A stretch of DNA of 64,000 bases, taken from NCBI GenBank assembly GCA_000165345.1, contig CM000436.1:768001-832000 (forward strand). Direction: 5' to 3'. Numbering within the stretch: the stretch's first letter is position 1; each line of letters begins with the position of its first letter. Shown here one piece after another: positions 11,836 to 22,850 of this stretch. The notes beneath the pieces are model-generated. The model saw only the letters and a list, made by a program, of their open reading frames with translations, was not told where the DNA came from and did not search any database. A program made the position numbers and the translations under genes.

Positions 11836-13125
11836 ATGAATAACAAAGAAACAAGCACAATTCCGTCACCAAATATTATTGCTAGCAAAATATCCAGCGA
11901 ATTAAGTGAAATTTACTCACCAAAAATGTCAACATTGGTAAGGAACAACATTCCATGTAGGTTAACAAGTAACCGAGTTATGGCCCCTTCTAAATCAACA
12001 TATAGAGTTATACTTCCAGTCCGTGATATTGGGGATCTATCAGTTATCACGTATGAACATGAAGTTTATGTGGGCAATGGTGGATCTCTTAGATTCTTTT
12101 TATTAGGAAAACAAGTCAGGCACCGTTTTATTAATGTCCATTTAGATGAAGAAAGTCCAATACCTTCTTATATCGATCCCAATAAAGTTCCATTAGGAGA
12201 TCTTCCGGTTGTAAAGCTGGGGGATCTAGTTATTTTTGATGAAATTCCTTGCTTAAGATATTTAGCAAAGAAGCTTGGAGAATATGGGAGAAATTACTAT
12301 ATTGATTTCGTAATTGATGACGTGATTTTTCGTTGTTCAAAGTGGAGAGATATTTTAATGGAATTAATTTCAAAAAGTCGTAAAGAATTCTTAATCAACG
12401 ATATAAATGCGAATAAAGAATTAGAAAGATCGACTTCTAACTATAAATTGTTGAGAGAACAACTTTATTGCGAATTTGAAACTTTAATTTTATCGATTGG
12501 TGATAAGGGGCCTTTTATCGCAGAAAAAAACAAGCCAATGATTTGCGATTTTATTTTATTTTCAATTTTATTCGATGATATTTCTCTGATCGAATTTAAT
12601 GAAGGAGAGAAGTTTAATAGGACGTCTTTGTTACCAGAAGAATCATTAATTCATAAGTTCCCAAGATTAAAAATGCTTTTTGAATCTGTTGCTGTGCTTC
12701 CATTAATAGATCAGTGGGTAAAAGGTAAATACTTTTCTATACAGATAGAGGGTGAAAGCGGTGAACTAGTAACTCCTCCTGCTTCTCTATCTACTCAAGA
12801 TCACGTTAAAAATTCTGTTTTAGGATCGAATTCATTTAATGCGTATCAGCACTCATTTGGATATCAACCTCCAGTACTTCAACAATTACCAAATCAGATT
12901 TTTACTCATGTAAACGCAGGAGTGCGATTTTTCCCACAAAAAATGTCATTGCCGATAAATCCATCAATTTTTCCTACGAATAATAGCTTTATTTCCCAGC
13001 CTATTACAAACAATTATCACCACTTTTTTAATAGCCAGGTTCAAGGCCATAGATATTTAGGAGGGGTTTCATCCCCTTTTATCCAGAGAGTGAGCCCTTC
13101 TCAAAGTTTTAAACTTGAGTTTTGA
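11836..13125 (+). CDS. Hypothetical protein; possible GST-like N-terminal fold, Q/N/P-rich C-terminus
   Basis: 429-aa ATG ORF. Segment ..VVKLGDLVIFDEIPCLRYLAKKLG.. resembles the GST N-domain consensus. The family call is weak. Confidence 0.4.
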   Translation: MNNKETSTIPSPNIIASKISSELSEIYSPKMSTLVRNNIPCRLTSNRVMAPSKSTYRVILPVRDIGDLSVITYEHEVYVGNGGSLRFFLLGKQVRHRFINVHLDEESPIPSYIDPNKVPLGDLPVVKLGDLVIFDEIPCLRYLAKKLGEYGRNYYIDFVIDDVIFRCSKWRDILMELISKSRKEFLINDINANKELERSTSNYKLLREQLYCEFETLILSIGDKGPFIAEKNKPMICDFILFSILFDDISLIEFNEGEKFNRTSLLPEESLIHKFPRLKMLFESVAVLPLIDQWVKGKYFSIQIEGESGELVTPPASLSTQDHVKNSVLGSNSFNAYQHSFGYQPPVLQQLPNQIFTHVNAGVRFFPQKMSLPINPSIFPTNNSFISQPITNNYHHFFNSQVQGHRYLGGVSSPFIQRVSPSQSFKLEF

Positions 13126-13287
13126 TAAAGATCGCATTTAATAAATTTTCCTATAAAAATATCTTTTCTATTTGCTGTGAAAAATTAATATTCTATTCGA
13201 ATAATGCATTTAAAGCAATTTTTGAATGATCTAAGGTTTGGATATTTCTAGATTGAGTTAAAGTTTACTAAACCTATTCAATTAAAC

Positions 13288-14285
13288 TTACTTATATGAT
13301 AAATGTAATTCAGTAAAACGATCGAATACTTTACAGATTCGCTCAGGAGTTATTTGCATATTTTTTAAACCAAAAAGTTTGATAATAAATGCCAACATCA
13401 CAATTGATTTCCTGATATTTGAGTTCACAATTTCTGGTTTTACAGATGAAGACGAGTAGTTAAGAGTATCAGTATGCGAATGCTCAAATGGAAGAGATAT
13501 CCAAACATAGCCATTTAGTCCTAGAATAAGTTGTATTCCATATTTAAGCTTGACAATGTGTTGAGCTTGCCTTTGTATTAGCTTATTAGGTACTTTTACG
13601 ACCATTCCATTTGCTAACTTTCCATACTTTGCACTTCTAGTGTGAAGATGGCAAATACCTTCACTTTGGACTCGCTGCACCTCTGTACAAATCACATCAC
13701 CCTCATCTAAGATAGACTTCATATACAATGAGTCTTCTTCTGTTCTTCTCCTTTGGATAGACCCTGGAAGACTAATTGCTGCCAGAGATAATTGTGCAAA
13801 TTGAGTTGAACATATATCTATTAACCACTTCTTATTTGATACCTATATGAATTAAATATACTCAAAAGAATAATTTTAACTTACTTCTGCAACCCTTCCA
13901 ACTACAATATCTCCGACTTCAGCATTGTATCTACCACCCAAAGGTTTAGTGTATATTAATTTGTTTAGACTTTCAAGATATCCACATGCTGTAGAAATTA
14001 ATCTGGAGCACTTGTCTTCGAGTGTTCCATGCCCTCTGATATCATATTATTATATTTATAGGATTTTAGATTAACTTACCTTATGTAATTCGGTTCAGTT
14101 TGAATTTTGTCTCCAGGAATGACCGTTTTTTCACGTACTAGTTCATCCTTATCGTTGTATATATATAAATTATGATCTATAAAATTTAAGGCCGAGAAAA
14201 TTGATTTTTGTATTTGACGTCTAAATAATCCTGTTACAACTGAATCTGTAAACCTACCTTCCCATTCTATAATATTTATCTTCAT
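13288..14285 (-). CDS. RRP4: Exosome complex component RRP4 (S1 + KH RNA-binding), 3 exons
   Basis: Spliced model: exons 14285..14080, 14035..13885, 13842..13288. Introns 14079..14036 (44 nt, GTAAGT..AG) and 13884..13843 (42 nt, GTAAGT..AG). Phases are consistent, giving 303 aa. The translation matches RRP4: ..VIPGDKIQTEPNYIRGHGT.. (compare yeast VTPGELV..MRGHGT), S1 domain ..GDIVVGRVAEVSNKKWLID.., ..EGDVICTEVQRVQSEGICHLHTRSAKYGKLANGMVVKV... The ORF track shows only fragments. Confidence 0.8.
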
Positions 14286-14383
14286 TTTTCAATAAAAAGA
14301 TAAAATCTTAATGTTTGGCGCTGCAAACAAATTTTTAACATGTATTGGAGCTACCTTTATTCAATACTTTGAAATAGAAGACT

Positions 14384-15085
14384 ATGGAAAACGACTCAAA
14401 TAATGCGAGCATTTCAAATTCATTTTATTTCCTTTTGAATAATTTAGCAGGAATCTCGTAAGTTTTAGCTCTGAAATATTTAACTTTAACAAATCTTTTT
14501 AGCTTTGTATCATATTTTTTTTGGTCAGGCATTTCGTTACTAATTGGAGCAATCGTACTTAATTCATCTTTCTCGAATTATTCGCCTAAAATAAACAATC
14601 AGGCAGTTTGTTCAGCCTCATCTAATGTAATTGGTATTGTCTCATTATGGGTAGTTGAAGGGCTTTCATTCATTTCAATGTGTATTGCATATTCAGTTGT
14701 TGAATCGTAAGTTAAATAAGAATGAATATTGATACTAAATAATTACATATACAGTACATGCCAGACATTTGATAACTTAACGTTTTCAATTCAGGCAATG
14801 GGCGTGATTGTTAAATATCTTCCCACATGGATCAGGTTAATTCATGTATTTACATTTTGCCAAATTAACACTCTTTTTGCGCAAATAAGCCTTTTACCTG
14901 AATGCAACTCATCAGGCCTGCAAACTACACTTATTATAACTAGTGTTACTTGGTGGTTCGTAGCGATTTTTGGACTAATTTGCAAGAAGAGAATTGCAAT
15001 ACCTCCTCATATTTTCGATCCCTTAAGACCAAAAACAAGTTTCATGACAGAAATACACTTAGTTCTAAAAACAATGGGCCCTTAA
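14384..15085 (+). CDS. Small polytopic membrane protein (about 202 aa), 3 exons; family unknown
   Basis: Exons 14384..14457, 14503..14706, 14755..15085. Introns 14458..14502 (45 nt) and 14707..14754 (48 nt), both GTAAGT..AG with consistent phases. At least four hydrophobic helices (..YFFWSGISLLIGAIVL.., ..IGIVSLWVVEGLSFISMCIAY.., ..IITSVTWWFVAIFGLIC..). The track ORF 14729..15085 starts at a TTG inside intron 2. Confidence 0.5.
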
Positions 15086-15138
15086 TTTAAAACAACGCAA
15101 ATAGTATTAAATAGTTAAAATAATTATAAAAAATGTAA

Positions 15139-17184
15139 CTAATATGATAATTTGTTTTTATTTGAGCTTACCCACAAGTTTGCAGGCTGTTTTGAGTTCA
15201 AATGTACTTGCTCCCACTCAAGTCTTATTGTACACCAAAGCGTTCTTCTAAAAACTTCTATTGTTGCCACAAACAAATTAATTAGTGCGGCATTGATTTG
15301 TATGTCATCGATAATTGTTATAGGGATTAGAGTAATCGCCCAGGTTAAACGACCAATCAAGTTATAAAATGCAACCAAGAAGTAGTACCAACTAGGATAA
15401 ATAGATTTAGAGCGAAGAAACGAAGACCTTTCTTTCATTAGTCCCCAGTCCATATAAATATCCCAAATAAACATATAAATTGTACCTGTGATATAGCAGA
15501 CAAACCATAAAAGTCTAGCTATGAAGGGAGACATCGATGTTACAGTTGTCCAGGGGACGGTAGCGACTATTGCAATTGCCAAACCAGTTGTGTACTTACC
15601 CATATTAAAGAGATGGTTTCTTCTACTAGGTGACTCATCAGTCAAGTATCTCATACCACATTGAAAAAATCTTATCTCATAAGGGAGAGCCAATGCAATA
15701 GTCTGCATCCATCTATAATTAGATAAGAAGTTAAATAGAGAAGTTGGGAGTACATCACCCTTATTCTTAATTACAAATACAAAAAATGTAATGGTGTATT
15801 CTACGTCGCCAAATGGTTTCGAAAGTGTTGTAAAAATATCACCAACAATATTAGCTCTAAGAGTAACATTTACAACTTTTGGTATAATCCCATGACTAAA
15901 GACTTCCAGTATCGAGTAAAATATGGCTTTTCTGTACTCGTAAGTGAATGTTTTACTTGGAATGAATAAAAGGGAAAACTCAATAGCCATTAATAAGGCA
16001 GGATAAACCCATAGCGGATAATATTCTATATTGAAATAGCTGAACAGAGAAATTCCCAAACGATAATCTGTAATAAATAAAGTGAAAATAATAATCCAAA
16101 CTATAGTTTGTAATGCGGCAAAAGAGAATATCGTAGTCGCAGCAACTCTGCTGTTAGGATCCATTCCAATCATATATTTATAATTCACGCCATAATACTC
16201 CATGATGCAAATGGAAATACCAGAACCCCATAATACGAAAATACCCATCAATACAAGTCTGAACAACGGAAATATCGCCAGTGTTCCTTGTATGCTGTAC
16301 TCGCTATTCACCACCGGAAGACGGCATATAACAAATAGATTAACAAGCAGGACAACACAAATGCCCATTAAAAATGACATTTTAAAATCTGGATTAAATA
16401 ATGATTTACCGATCGTTTTTCCTGACTTCAACCCATATTCCATCAGTGCTTCAAGCTCAAAAACTGAAGATTTATATAAGGTATCGAATCCCTGAGTTTT
16501 AATCTTATTAAAAACAATATTTGTACTTGATTGATCTTTCTGAGAGTTATACTTAGTTGAATCATAATTAGGTGAATTTTCTAAGAGATCCTTTGATCTA
16601 GAAAATAATTCAATTAATTTCTCTCGCGAAACTGAACCATCTTCAAGCTTATCAAAGCAAGAGGTGAATGATTCACTGCTTGGTAAATTTTCTAAATAAA
16701 AATCAAATAATTCATCGCGTCTCATCAAAAGTTTCAAAACAGCTAGTTTATTTACTAGAGCATATTCCTGTAAATCATCAAATGTTTTCCAAATATCCAA
16801 AATCAGGTTTGGCAAATGCAGTTTAGAGCCTATTTGCGCTGATTTATCATCAAGTAAAGTAGAAATACATTCTAGATGATCACTATTATCTTTTAATATC
16901 TTATTATAACTCAATATGACAACATCTATATTATGTCTTAATGATAGATGAAACTGCTCTAACTTCGAAACAAAGTGATCAGATACATCTTTATTAAGTG
17001 GCCTATAAGAAACATCGATGTGATTTGCTTGTTCTTTTAACGCAGCTAAATTAGATTCTTTCCCAATTGAATTCAACAAATTCGAGTGGCATTGGTTTAA
17101 AGTTTGTATAAGGCTGCGATAATTAATAAATCTTCCGCCCCATTTTGTTGATTCAAGTGACTCAATCTTGTCTGCAAACTTCAT
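15139..17184 (-). CDS. SPX-EXS domain protein (XPR1/PHO1/SYG1-like phosphate exporter)
   Basis: N-terminus MKFADKIESL.. (SPX start), central multi-TM region, and a C-terminal EXS signature ..FRRTLWCTIRLEWEQVHLNSK (compare ..RRxxWNFFRLENEHLNN). Confidence 0.8.
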   Translation of the reverse strand: MKFADKIESLESTKWGGRFINYRSLIQTLNQCHSNLLNSIGKESNLAALKEQANHIDVSYRPLNKDVSDHFVSKLEQFHLSLRHNIDVVILSYNKILKDNSDHLECISTLLDDKSAQIGSKLHLPNLILDIWKTFDDLQEYALVNKLAVLKLLMRRDELFDFYLENLPSSESFTSCFDKLEDGSVSREKLIELFSRSKDLLENSPNYDSTKYNSQKDQSSTNIVFNKIKTQGFDTLYKSSVFELEALMEYGLKSGKTIGKSLFNPDFKMSFLMGICVVLLVNLFVICRLPVVNSEYSIQGTLAIFPLFRLVLMGIFVLWGSGISICIMEYYGVNYKYMIGMDPNSRVAATTIFSFAALQTIVWIIIFTLFITDYRLGISLFSYFNIEYYPLWVYPALLMAIEFSLLFIPSKTFTYEYRKAIFYSILEVFSHGIIPKVVNVTLRANIVGDIFTTLSKPFGDVEYTITFFVFVIKNKGDVLPTSLFNFLSNYRWMQTIALALPYEIRFFQCGMRYLTDESPSRRNHLFNMGKYTTGLAIAIVATVPWTTVTSMSPFIARLLWFVCYITGTIYMFIWDIYMDWGLMKERSSFLRSKSIYPSWYYFLVAFYNLIGRLTWAITLIPITIIDDIQINAALINLFVATIEVFRRTLWCTIRLEWEQVHLNSKQPANLWVSSNKNKLSY

Positions 17185-17571
17185 ATTTCATTTGGAAGAC
17201 AACTTGCTTATTAATTGAAAAATTATAGCGGTACCTACATTAAGTGTAAAAACCTACCATATAAAGTAGATCCCGGAGATGTCTTGTCTAACCACCGACC
17301 GCCGCCCAATTAGTATTTATATTAATAGTTGCTTTGCATGTATATATTATAAACAATATTCTTTGATTACTCATTCTCATTAAATTATTGGGTACCGAAT
17401 AGATCTACTTCTTATATTTGCGTGAAATTGGATATTTAAACCTATTTGTTCATTATTATGAAAATATTATCATAATTTAAGTAACTAGCTAGATTAGCTT
17501 AGGATAACATCTCAATATTTAAAATTAATCTATATTGTTATGGATCTGAAGATTGACTCACTAACCGTCCG

Positions 17572-17645
17572 GCACCCATAGCTCAGCTGGTTAGAGCATA
17601 CGGCTAATAACCGTAAGGTCCGCGGTTCGATCCCGCGTGGGTGCA
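17572..17645 (+). tRNA. tRNA-Ile (anticodon AAU)
   Basis: 74-nt cloverleaf. Acceptor GCACCCA/TGGGTGC with discriminator A; D-arm GCTC-AGCTGGTTA-GAGC; anticodon stem TACGG/CCGTA with loop CTAATAA (anticodon AAT); T-arm CGCGG-TTCGATC-CCGCG. The gene is followed by CTTTTTTT, a Pol III terminator. Confidence 0.9.
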
Positions 17646-17767
17646 CTTTTTTTGGCCCCGGCCCACATTTAGGTAATTTAAAGGAAGCAGATCAGTTTAG
17701 TGAGAGGGGAAACGGAAGTTTTTAAATTATTTAAAATTGTTGAGCTACTAATTTAAAATGTGGCTAA

Positions 17768-20700
17768 ATGCTTACTGAAGAATTAGATTGTAATATCTTA
17801 TTGCAGCGGAATAACCTTTGTGAGAAAGGTTGGAGAGTCGGTCAAATCAAGAGAGTAATAATAAATGACATAGGAGGGCACGAATTTATTGATATTAGTC
17901 TACTTCCTGGGGTTAATTTAATAACAGGCGGAAATGGAAGTGGCAAAAGCAGCTTAGTTTCTGCAATTGCTCTGTTATGTGGCTGGAGCGGTAGAAAGGC
18001 TGGTAAGGACGCAAATTTGAATAAATATGTTAGAATAGGTGCAAATAAGGGTACTGTCTGCATACACTTTGCAAATAATGATAACAAATTCCAAAGAGGA
18101 TATTTTAATGATATTTATGGGGAAGAAATAATCATTGAACGCAATATTTATTTGAAGGGTAATTCGAATTATACTTTTAGAGGCTCTAAATCTAGTTCTC
18201 CAATTCACAGATCTTTCAATGCAAAACACCACTTGTCTCAATTTCGTGCCTATGCAAACATAATCATTAATAACCCTGTAACGTTTTTAACACAAATGGA
18301 TGCAAAATATCTTATTCGTGAGCAAAACTCACCAAAATCTTTATACGATTTTTTCCAAAGAGCGCATTTATTTGATTACTCATGGAAACATTTGGCTGAA
18401 GAACAACGTCGCATTGAAAAAGCAGAAATTATTTCCAAATCATTAAATAATGACTTGAAACAATTGGAAAGTGAACTGGAAGAATTTAATAGTATGAAAG
18501 AACTAATTCAGACATATAATAAATTGCAAATACATCGGAGAAATCTTGAAAGTATAAATATTGTGGCATCCATAAAAAATTTGAGCTTATCAATCAATTC
18601 TCTTCTTTTTCAGTCTGAAGAGCTTTATAAAGCCAAGTCAGCATTAGATATTGAGGAGTTAAATAAAAGAATAATCGAAAGTGAAAGAGAAATCTATGAT
18701 TCTCAATCTGAAATAAATAATTTTCATTCAGAACATGAGGTCAATATTAATAAGCATAAAAGGCTAACAATTGAACTGGAACAAATATGTGATAAATTTA
18801 ATTCATATACTAAACAAATTAAAGAAATAAAAGGCGAAATTTCAAGCTTAGAAAAAGAAGTTGAATTTAAACAAGAGAATTATGACTCGAATCAAGAAAA
18901 AAAAAAATTGCATTTTAAAGGAGAATTATTAGAGAAAATTAAAGCTTCAAAAGAAAAAATTAATATTCTGAAGTCTAAAAAAGAAAATTTAATTTTACTC
19001 TCACTAAATAAAAAAAATGAACTAACAACATTATTTGAACAAATTAAAGAAAATAAGGCCAAAATTAATTTATTTTCTGATGAGAAGCTATCATTTAATC
19101 TCAAGTTAGATGAAATCAAGAATATTTTGGAAACAGATAGGAAATCTCTTAAATATGATTCTGATTTAGAGCAATCAAATAAATCTAATTCTACAGAAAC
19201 AGGATATATTGCATATCATAACTCCAAGATTAACGACTCCAAAGGTAAAGAAAGTTTGGCAGTTATATATTCAAGATTGTATGATTACTTTACAGACGAG
19301 GATTTCGAAATTATATTTGGTTATTCAAAATTTGTACATAATAAAATTATTAAACAACTCGAAAAAATTGAAAAAGGGGTGAAAATAATTGGTCCAATTG
19401 CTCTCCATATTTTTCCCAAATCTGAATTCTATTATAATGAAAAAATATTAAGTATACTTGATGAAATTATAGGTGGAAGGTTCGAGAGGTATGATACTAT
19501 ATCTGGCTACAAAATTAGGAGAAATTATAAATATTGGCTAGTTGAAAATTCAGAAACAAGGAAAGAATTGATTTCATTGTTTAAAAATAACAATGTTTTC
19601 TTAGAACCTTCATTAATTTATATAAGGTCTTCATTCAATCAAAAATATGAACTATCTGCTGTTCGTAAAAAATTCCCAAAAGTAGGATTAGCCGTAATTG
19701 ATTTAATACACGTTGAAAATGATGAAGTTTTTAATTTTCTAATAGATAACTTCCAAATAGAAACAACTTTTATCTTCATGAATGACCACGAAATGGATTT
19801 GATATATGATTACAGTCTTAATATTAGAAGGGCACATTGTCTAGCTAATTATTCATTTAAATATCGAAGAGGTGGAATAGTAGTTGCCCCAGAAATTTGT
19901 ATCCCTAAGCAACATGCAACATCAAAAATCGTCATTAGGAAATTAAATGATATTTTTCAATTAAGAAATTATGGATCTGATTTATGTGCTGATCAAAAAG
20001 AAAAAAAAAAATTTAACTTTCCAGAAAAAATCGAAATAAAACGACTATTAGAATTGAATATAATAGAGAATGAGAATAAAAAGAAGGAAATTATTAAAAA
20101 AATTATAGAAATCGAGGAAAAAAATAATGATTTAAAACTTTCAATAACAAATCATGATAATAAAGCCTCCTATATTCGTAATGAAATATCTAGCTTTGAG
20201 ACTGAATTGGAAGATATTACTAAAGAAGAGCAAATAATTAACATGAAAATTGTAGAGTTAGAAACAGAGCTTCGGAAACTTGATAGGGATGAAAAACACA
20301 TTTTCAATGTAAATATTTCTGAGATTAATCATTTATCTACGAAGTTAAGTGAACTTAATCAACTTCTTACTGTAATTGAAGAAAAAATTAGTTATGAGGA
20401 AAAATTAATGAAAAATAAAGAAGCCGATATAGAAAAATTAAAAATTATCCTCGATAATGAAAAGGAGTTTATCAAGTTAAAAGAACAGAAACATAAAATT
20501 TTGAAAATTAATAAAAATTCTTTACTTAACGAAAAACCCCAAATCGAAGTAAAAATAAATCAGATAACTAACAAAATAAATCAGTTAAATACTGAAATTG
20601 ATTTTAAAAAAAATGAGTTGAAAGGCTTGAAAAATAAATATCGAACGATTAATACCAAATTTTGCGCTGCTAATGAATCTGAAATTGGAACTGACTTCCT

Positions 20701-21574
20701 GATTACCAATGATCTATTGTCTACACTCGAATACTTTAATTGTTGTTTAAATTTGTCAGGAGATATTGAACCCTTTCCAGATTGTTCAACTATAGAACTT
20801 TGGAAATCAAACATATCTAGACAAATGGATACTATTTTTTTAGAAATTATGGAAAAATCAAAAATTTTCGGGTTCAATGTTACCCAGAGAAATTGTTCAG
20901 AAGACTTAATTAACAAAATACTGGACACTATAAATATAAAGTATGAAAAATACAAGGAGAAAATAAATGAATTACAAGAAGAAAACAAGCTTTTAAATCA
21001 GAACAGAACGAATCTAAATAGAAGGATCCAACGGTTACAAAAAGATCATATTCGCTGCGGAAAAAATGTAAATTTACAATTCAAGCATTACTTTTCTATT
21101 TTTTGGTCAAAAACAATGCGCCCTCATCTCAAGTTCGACCATGACAAGTCGATCTTGAGTATCTATGTTATTCCTGATACTGCTACTGTGAAAAAACCTA
21201 AACAGACTGAAAGCCATTTATCTTCTGAAAGAAATTCTACATCCTGCAAAGATCAACTCAACAATTTTGTGAGTAGGGAAATTCAATCTCTAAGTGGTGG
21301 AGAGAGTAGTAGTATTGGTATATCGCTTCTATTAGCGTTATCCCAAAACAACTCTTCACCGTTCCACCTCTTTGATGAACCAGACGTATATATGGATGAC
21401 ATCCGGAGAATGACGATGATTCGGTCATTAATAGAATTCGAACGTTTGTGCTCAAAAGGAAAAATAACTTTTAATAGGCAAGTTTTATTTATTACACCCC
21501 ATAGTGAAATCGTGCCACATATTAAAGAAAATTATGCCGATATAATTCATGTTGTACAACTAATTAAAAGATAG
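17768..21574 (+). CDS. SMC6: Structural maintenance of chromosomes protein, SMC6-like
   Basis: N-terminal Walker A (..VNLITGGNGSGKSSLVSAIAL..), a very long coiled-coil, and C-terminal signature/Walker B (..LSGGESSSIGISLLLAL..FHLFDEPDVYMDDIRR..). The DEPDVYMD motif is characteristic of SMC6 (DEFDVYMD) rather than SMC5 or SMC1-4. Confidence 0.7.
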   Translation: MLTEELDCNILLQRNNLCEKGWRVGQIKRVIINDIGGHEFIDISLLPGVNLITGGNGSGKSSLVSAIALLCGWSGRKAGKDANLNKYVRIGANKGTVCIHFANNDNKFQRGYFNDIYGEEIIIERNIYLKGNSNYTFRGSKSSSPIHRSFNAKHHLSQFRAYANIIINNPVTFLTQMDAKYLIREQNSPKSLYDFFQRAHLFDYSWKHLAEEQRRIEKAEIISKSLNNDLKQLESELEEFNSMKELIQTYNKLQIHRRNLESINIVASIKNLSLSINSLLFQSEELYKAKSALDIEELNKRIIESEREIYDSQSEINNFHSEHEVNINKHKRLTIELEQICDKFNSYTKQIKEIKGEISSLEKEVEFKQENYDSNQEKKKLHFKGELLEKIKASKEKINILKSKKENLILLSLNKKNELTTLFEQIKENKAKINLFSDEKLSFNLKLDEIKNILETDRKSLKYDSDLEQSNKSNSTETGYIAYHNSKINDSKGKESLAVIYSRLYDYFTDEDFEIIFGYSKFVHNKIIKQLEKIEKGVKIIGPIALHIFPKSEFYYNEKILSILDEIIGGRFERYDTISGYKIRRNYKYWLVENSETRKELISLFKNNNVFLEPSLIYIRSSFNQKYELSAVRKKFPKVGLAVIDLIHVENDEVFNFLIDNFQIETTFIFMNDHEMDLIYDYSLNIRRAHCLANYSFKYRRGGIVVAPEICIPKQHATSKIVIRKLNDIFQLRNYGSDLCADQKEKKKFNFPEKIEIKRLLELNIIENENKKKEIIKKIIEIEEKNNDLKLSITNHDNKASYIRNEISSFETELEDITKEEQIINMKIVELETELRKLDRDEKHIFNVNISEINHLSTKLSELNQLLTVIEEKISYEEKLMKNKEADIEKLKIILDNEKEFIKLKEQKHKILKINKNSLLNEKPQIEVKINQITNKINQLNTEIDFKKNELKGLKNKYRTINTKFCAANESEIGTDFLITNDLLSTLEYFNCCLNLSGDIEPFPDCSTIELWKSNISRQMDTIFLEIMEKSKIFGFNVTQRNCSEDLINKILDTINIKYEKYKEKINELQEENKLLNQNRTNLNRRIQRLQKDHIRCGKNVNLQFKHYFSIFWSKTMRPHLKFDHDKSILSIYVIPDTATVKKPKQTESHLSSERNSTSCKDQLNNFVSREIQSLSGGESSSIGISLLLALSQNNSSPFHLFDEPDVYMDDIRRMTMIRSLIEFERLCSKGKITFNRQVLFITPHSEIVPHIKENYADIIHVVQLIKR

Positions 21575-21632
21575 ATAGTTCTATCCATCAATAAATAGCC
21601 TGGTATAACATCTCAACTGATTTTTATACCAA

Positions 21633-22538
21633 TTATGTTTTTTTAATATTATTTTCTGTGTTATGTTCAAGTAACAATTCTAAAGTTTTTTGCATTTTAA
21701 GTGATTTCTTAATAAACTCAGAAATACCCAAATTATGTGAGTCGATATTGCGTTCCAATTCTAGTGGATAAATGCTTGGCTGTTTCGGAATTTCAGTAAA
21801 CACTTGAGATTGAGGCGTTGAAATGTCTGAAGAACCTTCAAGTGGAGATGAAATTACTTCTGTTTTATCTCTTGATTTATTTTGAGCCCAAGTAAAAGGA
21901 GCACCATATTTTGAACGAAGTCTTTGTCTTTGATTTTGTTTTAAATTATTTGGCTCAAATATATTTTGATTATTTAATTTCTCTTGTTCATCTTTCTTAG
22001 ATATTTTAAGAGCTTTAAGCAAATTCTTTTTGTCGTTGGAAGTGTTTTGTTTAATAGGGTTGCAAATTTGAGTTTCCTTATTATTGCACTTGCCACCAAC
22101 TTGAGACGGTGATAATGGTACATTAGTCTCTGCAGTGTAAAATAAAGATATCAACTTTAAATCTTCATTATTTCTCAATGATGCTGGCCATGCCCAAGTT
22201 GGGATAAAGGATGAATTTTGAACCTCTGAATTATTGTGTGAAAGCTTTGAAGTGATTCTAAATTTATGTGAACAAATACTACCTGTTCTCAAAGGCTTGG
22301 GGTTAATACATTTAAACGCATGTGAATTCAAGCATGCATCATGAGCTTTGTGAGAAACCATAAATGCACGTAAATCCTCTTCAAATCTAGTTTTATAAAT
22401 TAACCTCAATTTTTCTGCTTTTTTTGCTAATTCGCTTGTATGATTAGATCTTTCTATTTCCAAAGCATTTCTATATCTTAAATGAGATATTTCGTCGTGT
22501 TTCCCATTGTTTGTGTATGTTTTAAACGAACCACCCAT
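21633..22538 (-). CDS. Hypothetical protein (301 aa from first ATG)
   Basis: The track ORF (to 22565) starts at TTG. The first ATG is at 22538 (MGGSFKTY..). No recognisable domain. Confidence 0.4.
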   Translation of the reverse strand: MGGSFKTYTNNGKHDEISHLRYRNALEIERSNHTSELAKKAEKLRLIYKTRFEEDLRAFMVSHKAHDACLNSHAFKCINPKPLRTGSICSHKFRITSKLSHNNSEVQNSSFIPTWAWPASLRNNEDLKLISLFYTAETNVPLSPSQVGGKCNNKETQICNPIKQNTSNDKKNLLKALKISKKDEQEKLNNQNIFEPNNLKQNQRQRLRSKYGAPFTWAQNKSRDKTEVISSPLEGSSDISTPQSQVFTEIPKQPSIYPLELERNIDSHNLGISEFIKKSLKMQKTLELLLEHNTENNIKKT

Positions 22539-22850
22539 TTTAACACCGCTCTTTTGATTAACCAAATTTTTTTTACTTAATCCACATAAAATTTTAAAAA
22601 ATAGAATTAATTATTCCCGCGAAAGTTTTTTTGCAATATGTTGGTAAAATAACTTAATAAATAATGGAGTCATACTCAGTCTAGAATAAGCTTTGAATTG
22701 TATGAAACTCATTATTTGTTACTTATTAATATGTATATTTCAATTTAATGCAAATTTTCATTTTAAATTAGTAATTTTTTAAGCGCTAACAATTTTAGAT
22801 CCTATAATTAATTTCCCATGTAAAAAGGCATTTTTCATTCTGTCATATTC

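Noticed and set aside
11836-13125. Calling this gene a glutathione S-transferase
   Set aside because: Only a short N-domain-like stretch matches and I saw no GST C-domain. Kept as hypothetical.
14729-15085. 118-aa ORF as a standalone gene
   Set aside because: Its TTG start lies inside intron 2 of the 3-exon membrane-protein gene. Only the part from 14755 onward is coding.
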